NCBI GenBank assembly: GCA_038259945.1
Contig: JBBSOH010000001.1
Location: forward strand, 1-52,343
DNA: 52,343 nt
Source: Acidimicrobiales bacterium
Lineage (GTDB): Bacteria; Actinomycetota; Acidimicrobiia; Acidimicrobiales; Ilumatobacteraceae
Direction: 5' to 3'
How positions within the stretch are numbered: the first letter of the stretch is position 1; each line of letters starts with the position of its first letter. Under the pieces are notes generated by a model. The model made no database searches. It was not told where the DNA came from and worked only from the letters and a program-made list of their open reading frames with translations. The position numbers and the translations under genes were made by a program. Shown in pieces: positions 46,638 through 52,343 of the stretch.

Positions 46638-47984
46638 TCAAGCGAACTCCAGTTGGCCGAGCACCTCGCAGTGACGGGCGTTGACCGGCACCGACTCTCG
46701 GCCGATCACGTCGGCTCGGGTCGCGGTGACATTCGGAGGTGGCTCGGGCTCGGGCGGATCGGAGTGCAACGTCGATGACCGAGCGGCGGCCGGCGTCATT
46801 CGTGGCCGGCTGGTCGGTGGCCGGCTGGTCTGGGTGGTGCCGTCGGGGTGGTGGATGGTGAACTCGTGACCGTCACCGGTGACGCTCCACCCGGGCTGGT
46901 GCGTCAACGAGTGGTGGTGGTGACAGAGCAGGGCGCACGTGGACTCGTTGGTCCGGCCGTGATGGCCCCACTCGGTGACGTGGTGTGCGTCGCACCAGGT
47001 GGCGCGGATGGTGCAGCCGGGCCAGCGGCAGTGCTGGTCGCGCACGACGAGGGCGAGGAACAGGTTCTCCGACACGAGTCGGTTCTCGCGTCCGAAGTCG
47101 AGGATGGAGGAGCCGGGTCCGGTGATGACTCGGTGGATGCCGGCGTCGCAGGCCATCTGTCGTACCGCATCGGCGTCGATGGTTGGTCCGGCATGGCTGG
47201 CGCCACGATCTGGTCCACCTTCGACGACGGTCTCGTACGGCACGGTCACGAGCACCTTGGCGTTCGAGCGTCCGCCGATGATCTTGCCCTTCGATGCGGC
47301 TTTGGCCAACTGCACGAGTGCATCGGCACAGCGTTGGTCACGGCGACGCCCCGAATCATCGAAGGCCGACTCGTTCATGATCGAGTCGAGAGTGGTGCGA
47401 ACGATCGCCGCAGACTCGGGGTCGAGCAGCCCGTCGACGCGCGTCATTCCGTCCTTCTCGCCCGTCAAGCGGAGGAAGCGTCGACCTCGTTGCTCAGCTG
47501 CTCGGTCGGCTTCTCGTGACGCGTCGTTGCGGGCCCGCCAGTTCTCGGCTGCGCAGCGCACCGAGTTCAGCGGCAGCCCCGAGATCTCCTCGATCAACTC
47601 GGCGTCGAGCGCCAATCCTCCCGCCGCGCCGACGGCGGCGGTGGCCTGGTCGTTCGAGATGCGTCCCGTCGTGATTGCGTCGGCCAATTCGGTGGACTTG
47701 GCCATTGCTTCGCCGAGTTGGGCTGCGTCGCGGTTCTTGCGGGTCGACGTGGATGTCTGCTGCCCGATCCATTCGGCGGTGTCGCGTGCTCCGGTTCCGA
47801 GGTGGGCGCCGGCCCGTTCGGCTGCGTGGGCCATGCGGGCGAACTGGGCTTCGAGGCGGGAGAGGCCAGCGCGGAATGCACGCAGTTCGTTGCGGAGTTC
47901 GGTCGGATCGACCGCATCGAGATCGACCTGGGCACACCAGTCGGCAGTGACGCCGACCCCCAAGACCGCCTGCCTGATCTGCAT
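46638..47984 (-). CDS. DUF222 (13E12 repeat family) HNH endonuclease
   Basis: DGLLDPE, QRCADAL, QMACDA, LDFGR, RDQHCRWPGC..WCDAHHVTEW..G.T....LLCHHHH. Confidence 0.92.
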   Translation of the reverse strand: MQIRQAVLGVGVTADWCAQVDLDAVDPTELRNELRAFRAGLSRLEAQFARMAHAAERAGAHLGTGARDTAEWIGQQTSTSTRKNRDAAQLGEAMAKSTELADAITTGRISNDQATAAVGAAGGLALDAELIEEISGLPLNSVRCAAENWRARNDASREADRAAEQRGRRFLRLTGEKDGMTRVDGLLDPESAAIVRTTLDSIMNESAFDDSGRRRDQRCADALVQLAKAASKGKIIGGRSNAKVLVTVPYETVVEGGPDRGASHAGPTIDADAVRQMACDAGIHRVITGPGSSILDFGRENRLVSENLFLALVVRDQHCRWPGCTIRATWCDAHHVTEWGHHGRTNESTCALLCHHHHSLTHQPGWSVTGDGHEFTIHHPDGTTQTSRPPTSRPRMTPAAARSSTLHSDPPEPEPPPNVTATRADVIGRESVPVNARHCEVLGQLEFA

Positions 47985-48095
47985 GGTGACCAACCTACTC
48001 AGGGGGTACTCCAGAGTTGTTTGGACGCCACACGCTGGGGTGATGTGGTGGGACCGATGATCGGGGCCGGATGCCGACCGAACGAATCGGCAGGC

Positions 48096-48503
48096 TCAGA
48101 ACATGCCGTTGTCGTTGGCCGACGTCTCGGGGATCACCTGCAACGCGTCCCAGTGCTCGATGATCTTGCCGCCCTCGTCGAGGCGGAAGATGTCGATCCC
48201 GGCGTACTCCTCACCGGGCCAGATCTGGTGACAGTGAAGCACCACGAACTCACCGTCTGCCAGGACCCGCTTGAACTCGACCCGCTTGCCGGGGAACTCG
48301 GCTGCCATCCGATCGAAGTAGTCGACGAACGCTTGCTTGCCGTCGGCGACGTGCGAGTTGTGCTGGCGGTACTCGGCGCCTGCGTACTGCTCGATCGCGT
48401 CACCGGGACGGCACACGTTGAACATCATGTCGTAGAAGGCGACGACGTTCGCCTTGTTCCGCTCGTCGGTCTCGTCGGTTGCGGGCGCGTCACTCATGGA
48501 CAT
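48096..48503 (-). CDS. SnoaL-like / NTF2-fold protein
   Basis: [34 protein letters not shown]. Confidence 0.88.
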   Translation of the reverse strand: MSMSDAPATDETDERNKANVVAFYDMMFNVCRPGDAIEQYAGAEYRQHNSHVADGKQAFVDYFDRMAAEFPGKRVEFKRVLADGEFVVLHCHQIWPGEEYAGIDIFRLDEGGKIIEHWDALQVIPETSANDNGMF

Positions 48504-48553
48504 CGACAACCCCGCCGCACCCGGATCCATGCCGCTCGCGTGCGACCCGACCG

Positions 48554-49486
48554 TCAGCGGTGGGTGGCGTCGCGGATGAAGGCGCGGTAGCTCGGGTACT
48601 CGAGGTCGGGTGTGACCCAACCGGAGGCGACCAACTCGTCGTGCAGGCGGGGCAGGTTGCGCCATGGGACACCCATGTCGACGTGGTGCGCAAGGTGCCA
48701 TCCGGTGTTGTACGGCACCATCCACATGCGGGCGAGCAGCGACTGGTGGATCACGTGGGTGGTCTCACGCCGGTCCTTCGAGCGGGTCATTCCGCCGTGC
48801 TCGGCGATCGAGCGGATCCGATTCGACACCCGCCACAGTGTGGACCACGATGCGATCCACACGAGGTACACGAGTGGCCTGCCGGCGGCGATCGTGGTGG
48901 CGAGGAACGCGACCTGGAACCCGACGATGTACCACGCTTCGGTGCTGCCGGAGCGGGCTGCGCGGAACAGGCCTCGGAAGTTCTTGTAGGCGCTCGCGCC
49001 CGTTGCATCGCGCCGCATCTTGCGCCGCCACGAGTCGGGGGCGATCGGATACCCGGCGTACAGACCGGCATCGGGTTCCTCCGGGCCCATCTCGTCTCGA
49101 TGGTGAGCGAAGTGCGATCGGCGGTACGCCATCAACGCCTGGAACGTCGGGTAGGCGAGCAGCCATCGACCGACCCAGTCGTTGGCCCGCCGATTCGAGA
49201 ACAGCAGGCGGTGAGCCGCCTCATGACCGAGGATGTTGAGCCGAGCGTGGCTGCCGCCCATGACGAAGAAGGCCAGCACGTAGGCCCACCAGGTGTGGAT
49301 CCAACCCGCAGCGGCGACCACGCCGAACGACAGGACGAGCGCCCAGGCGACGGTGAACACGTTGCCGACGTTGCTGATGCGACGAAGCTCTGCACGCAAT
49401 GGACTTCTCGCCATCCCGCGTTCGTTCAACCGGTCCGTCGGGAGCACGGACGGGAGTCGCTCCGGCGCGGGGACCATGGTCTGCAT
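48554..49486 (-). CDS. Membrane fatty acid desaturase family protein
   Basis: His boxes HEAAH, HFAHH, HLAHH with TM segments. Start 49486 or 49477. Confidence 0.92.
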   Translation of the reverse strand: MQTMVPAPERLPSVLPTDRLNERGMARSPLRAELRRISNVGNVFTVAWALVLSFGVVAAAGWIHTWWAYVLAFFVMGGSHARLNILGHEAAHRLLFSNRRANDWVGRWLLAYPTFQALMAYRRSHFAHHRDEMGPEEPDAGLYAGYPIAPDSWRRKMRRDATGASAYKNFRGLFRAARSGSTEAWYIVGFQVAFLATTIAAGRPLVYLVWIASWSTLWRVSNRIRSIAEHGGMTRSKDRRETTHVIHQSLLARMWMVPYNTGWHLAHHVDMGVPWRNLPRLHDELVASGWVTPDLEYPSYRAFIRDATHR

Positions 49487-49571
49487 CAGCTCCAACACTA
49501 CGGCCGCAGCTGGCGGCTGACCGCGCCCGCGACCCGCTCCGACGAGTGGTCGGTGTGCGAGGCTCGCAGCC

Positions 49572-50510
49572 ATGACTCACCCCCGCCCGTTCCGCTTCGC
49601 TGTGATGGCTGCCAAGGCCGCCTCCGCCTCCGAGTGGACCGACACGGCGAAGAAGGTCGAGGATCTCGGTTACTCGGCGCTCCTGATGCCCGACCACTTC
49701 GGCGACCAACTCTCGCCCGTCGCTGCGCTGTCGACAGCTGCTGCGGTGACCACGGCGTTGCGCGTCGGCACTCTGGTGTTCGCCAACGACTTCCGACACC
49801 CCGCCGTGCTGGCGAAGGACACCGCGACCGTCGACCTGCTGAGCGACGGCCGACTCGAAGTCGGACTCGGCGCTGGATGGATGACCGACGACTACACCTG
49901 GACCGGCATTCCCCATGACCGCGCCGGCGTACGGATCGACCGCATGATCGAATCGATCGAGGTGCTCCGCGGCCTGTGGGGCGATGGGCCGTTCTCTTTC
50001 GACGGCGAGCACTACACGATCTCGGAGATGAACGGCCTGCCCAAGCCGGTGCAGTCGGGCGGCCCTCCGATCATCGTCGGTGGCGGTGGGAAGCGTGTGC
50101 TCTCCACGGCGGCCCGCCTCGCCGACATCGTGGGCGTGAACCCGAACGTCGGCGAAGGCAAGGTCGGGCCGGAGGCGATCGCCTCGATGTCGGCCGATGC
50201 CACCGAGGAGAAGCTCGGATGGGTGCGCGACGCCGCCGGCGATCGCTTCGACGACATCGAGATCAGCATCCTCAAGTTCGTCACGATCGTCACCGACGCT
50301 CGAGACACCGTCGCCGAGAAGGTGGCCGGAGGCATGGGAATGGACGCCGCAACGCTCCTCGCCAGCCCGCACACGCTGGTCGGTTCGGCTGAGCAGGTGG
50401 CCGAAGAACTCGTGGAACAGCGCGAGCGGTGGCACGGGTCGTACGTGACCGTGCAGTCCGACGCCCTGGAATCGTTCGCTCCGGTCGTCGCCGCACTCGC
50501 CGGCACCTGA
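49572..50510 (+). CDS. LLM class F420-dependent oxidoreductase
   Basis: MPDHF, GTLVFANDFRHP, SDGRLEVGLGAGW, PPIIVGGGG. Confidence 0.9.
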   Translation: MTHPRPFRFAVMAAKAASASEWTDTAKKVEDLGYSALLMPDHFGDQLSPVAALSTAAAVTTALRVGTLVFANDFRHPAVLAKDTATVDLLSDGRLEVGLGAGWMTDDYTWTGIPHDRAGVRIDRMIESIEVLRGLWGDGPFSFDGEHYTISEMNGLPKPVQSGGPPIIVGGGGKRVLSTAARLADIVGVNPNVGEGKVGPEAIASMSADATEEKLGWVRDAAGDRFDDIEISILKFVTIVTDARDTVAEKVAGGMGMDAATLLASPHTLVGSAEQVAEELVEQRERWHGSYVTVQSDALESFAPVVAALAGT

Positions 50511-50555
50511 GCACTCGCGCAGCGGCGTCGATCGGCGGGCAATCGCGTGAGAGTG

Positions 50556-51017
50556 CTACGAGGTGAGTTCGACGGCGGGGAAGGTCGAGTCGGCGGTGTC
50601 GTCGATCCACGGGCCGACGCCGCTGAGGCGTTCGATCTGCACGCGGACGACCACGCTGGTCACCGAGTCACGAAGTGTGAGCGGGTGCCGGCGCAGACCC
50701 GTGTACTTCTCGGCCAGTCGATCCATCAGGGCCGGATCGGGGCCGGGCTCGATGCGCGCACGGCCTCGGATCACCAGGTGTCGTTGATAACCGCGGGCAT
50801 TGCGCTCCTCGTCCTCGACCGAGAGCACGATGCGATCGTCGCGTGCGAGATTCTTCGCCTTCTGGCTGGACGCGTCGGTGCCGAACAGGATCTCGTCGTC
50901 GAGAGCGATCACCCACACCACCGACACCTGCGGGCTGCCGTCGGGGTTGGTCGTCCACACGTGCGCGACCGCATCGGATCCGAGCACGGTCTGCGCCGTC
51001 GCCGAGATCATGGGCAT
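50556..51017 (-). CDS. PPOX class F420-dependent oxidoreductase
   Basis: TTNPDGSPQVSVVW, KAKNLARDDRIVLSV, DRLAEKY. This is the C-terminal part of the 515-aa track ORF. Confidence 0.88.
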   Translation of the reverse strand: MPMISATAQTVLGSDAVAHVWTTNPDGSPQVSVVWVIALDDEILFGTDASSQKAKNLARDDRIVLSVEDEERNARGYQRHLVIRGRARIEPGPDPALMDRLAEKYTGLRRHPLTLRDSVTSVVVRVQIERLSGVGPWIDDTADSTFPAVELTS

Positions 51018-51182
51018 GGTGGGCCTCCTCGATGTGATGAAAACTCGGTGGCGGTCTCGCTCTGGTGAAGGAACACGGTAGTTCGTTTGTGAAGATGTGT
51101 CGAGGGGTTCTTCTCCGGACAGGGCCCGTTCTCGATCCACCGGACGAGGAGCCGGTGATCGTGAAGCTGTACCTTGCCGCTC

Positions 51183-52085
51183 ATGGCCGACCTGCTCCGT
51201 GACCGACCGTCCTCCGGACCGGCGATGCTTCGCGGGTTGCTGGCGACCGCAACGGCCGACCGGGCCCCGGTCGTGCTGCCCGGCTGTTACGACGCGCTCG
51301 GTGCGCGGCTCATCGAGCAGGCCGACTTCGACGCCGTCTACATGACCGGTTTCGGCACCGCTGCGTCGCTGCTCGGTCGACCCGACGTCGGGCTGCTCGG
51401 TCTGTCGGAGATGGTCGACAACGCCCGCCGCATCGCCGATGCCGTCGACCTGCCGGTCGTGGCGGACGCCGACACCGGGTACGGCAACCAGATCAACGTG
51501 ATCCGCACCGTCCAGCAGTACGAGCAGGCCGGTGTCGCCGGCATCCACATCGAGGATCAGGTGCTGCCGAAGAAGTGCGGCCACATGGAGAACAAGCTGG
51601 TCGTCCCCGCCGACGAGATGTTCGCCAAGGTCCGCGCAGCAGCGGAGGCGCGACGCAACGACGACTTCGTCCTGATCGCTCGGACCGATGCTCGCGCACC
51701 GCACGGGCTCGACGAAGCCATCCGCCGAGCCTCCGGTTGCCTGGACGCCGGCGCCGATGTGTTGTTCGTCGAGGCCCTGCAGGGCGACGAGGAGATCGAG
51801 CGGGTCGCCACCGAGTTCGCTGGGGTGCCGTTGCTGTTCAACTGGGCCGAGGGCGGCAAGACCCCGCCGCTCACGTACGACGAGATCGCGGCTCTCGGCT
51901 TCTCGATGATCATCATGCCGATCGGCACGCTGCTGTCGGCGACGACAGCGATGCAGCAGTTCCTCACGAAACTCAAGTCCGCTGGAACGCCGGCACCGTT
52001 CGCCGACGACCTGATGCCGTTCTCCGACTTCACCGACATCATCGGCCTCCCCGAGATCGTCGAGCTCGAGCAGCGCTTCTCTTGA
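51183..52085 (+). CDS. Isocitrate lyase/PEP mutase family enzyme (PrpB/CPEP mutase/oxaloacetate hydrolase-like)
   Basis: YDALGAR, DADTGYG, IEDQVLPKKCGH, IARTDA. Confidence 0.92.
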   Translation: MADLLRDRPSSGPAMLRGLLATATADRAPVVLPGCYDALGARLIEQADFDAVYMTGFGTAASLLGRPDVGLLGLSEMVDNARRIADAVDLPVVADADTGYGNQINVIRTVQQYEQAGVAGIHIEDQVLPKKCGHMENKLVVPADEMFAKVRAAAEARRNDDFVLIARTDARAPHGLDEAIRRASGCLDAGADVLFVEALQGDEEIERVATEFAGVPLLFNWAEGGKTPPLTYDEIAALGFSMIIMPIGTLLSATTAMQQFLTKLKSAGTPAPFADDLMPFSDFTDIIGLPEIVELEQRFS

Positions 52086-52343
52086 TGCGATCAGCGAGAT
52101 CACCCCGCGAGCAGTCCTGACGTCCGGAGATGGTCACCACGCCGCGCTCCATCGATCGCTCGACACGACGGCGTTGGCCGCGGTCGACCAGTCGAAATCG
52201 GCTGCTCGCCGAGAGTTCCGTGTACCGATGATCAGAAATCGCACGCCAGCTTGCCGATGGACGCTCCCGATGCGGTCGATCTGCATGCCAGCTTGCGCTT
52301 TCACCGATCGGGTACCCGGAACTCACTGACGTCTCGGACCCGA

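Noticed and set aside
51085-51110. Additional SigB-like promoter (GTTT-N15-GGGGTT)
   Set aside because: Poor -10 match, and the downstream gene has its own TACCTT leaderless signal.
51018-52103. 515-aa minus-strand ORF as one gene
   Set aside because: Its 5' part is antisense to the ICL/PEP-mutase gene. Only the final 153 aa form a PPOX protein.
52086-52343. Terminal region ORF or element
   Set aside because: No convincing coding signal, RNA motif or repeat; truncated by the window edge.

Overview
A gene-dense, high-GC bacterial chromosome segment. Gene content (DUF2510, DUF222-HNH, PPOX/LLM F420-type enzymes, an Rv3818-like MBL-Rieske protein, a SigB/SigF partner-switching module) points to an actinobacterium, plausibly Acidimicrobiia/Ilumatobacter-like (inference only). 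About 50 CDSs, mostly catabolic and redox enzymes: L,D-transpeptidase, GH2 beta-galactosidase, NfeD-SPFH pair, a methylated-amine catabolic cluster (non-pyrrolysine MttB, dimethylglycine dehydrogenase-like, FAD oxidoreductase, LysR), ABC exporter, pheA, LCP, thiolase plus a split B12 acyl-CoA mutase, Rieske oxygenase, TauD, four SDRs, ADH, desaturase and an ICL/PEP-mutase family enzyme. I saw no rRNA, tRNA, CRISPR array, transposase or prophage. Most notable: (1) three GTTT-N15/16-GGG(A/T)A(A/G) promoters inside the SigB/SigF cluster, outlining a local regulon that includes an orphan response regulator and a DUF2254 protein; (2) a dispersed GGTGTCnGACACC-core REP-like hairpin family; (3) pervasive leaderless gene architecture; (4) a 50-aa Cys4 microprotein absent from the ORF track; (5) mutase residues that indicate isobutyryl-CoA-mutase-type rather than methylmalonyl-CoA specificity; (6) two single-base frameshifts; (7) a 110-bp structured intergenic element. 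All family calls come from motif recognition by eye, not database searches. Several starts were re-assigned from the ORF track.
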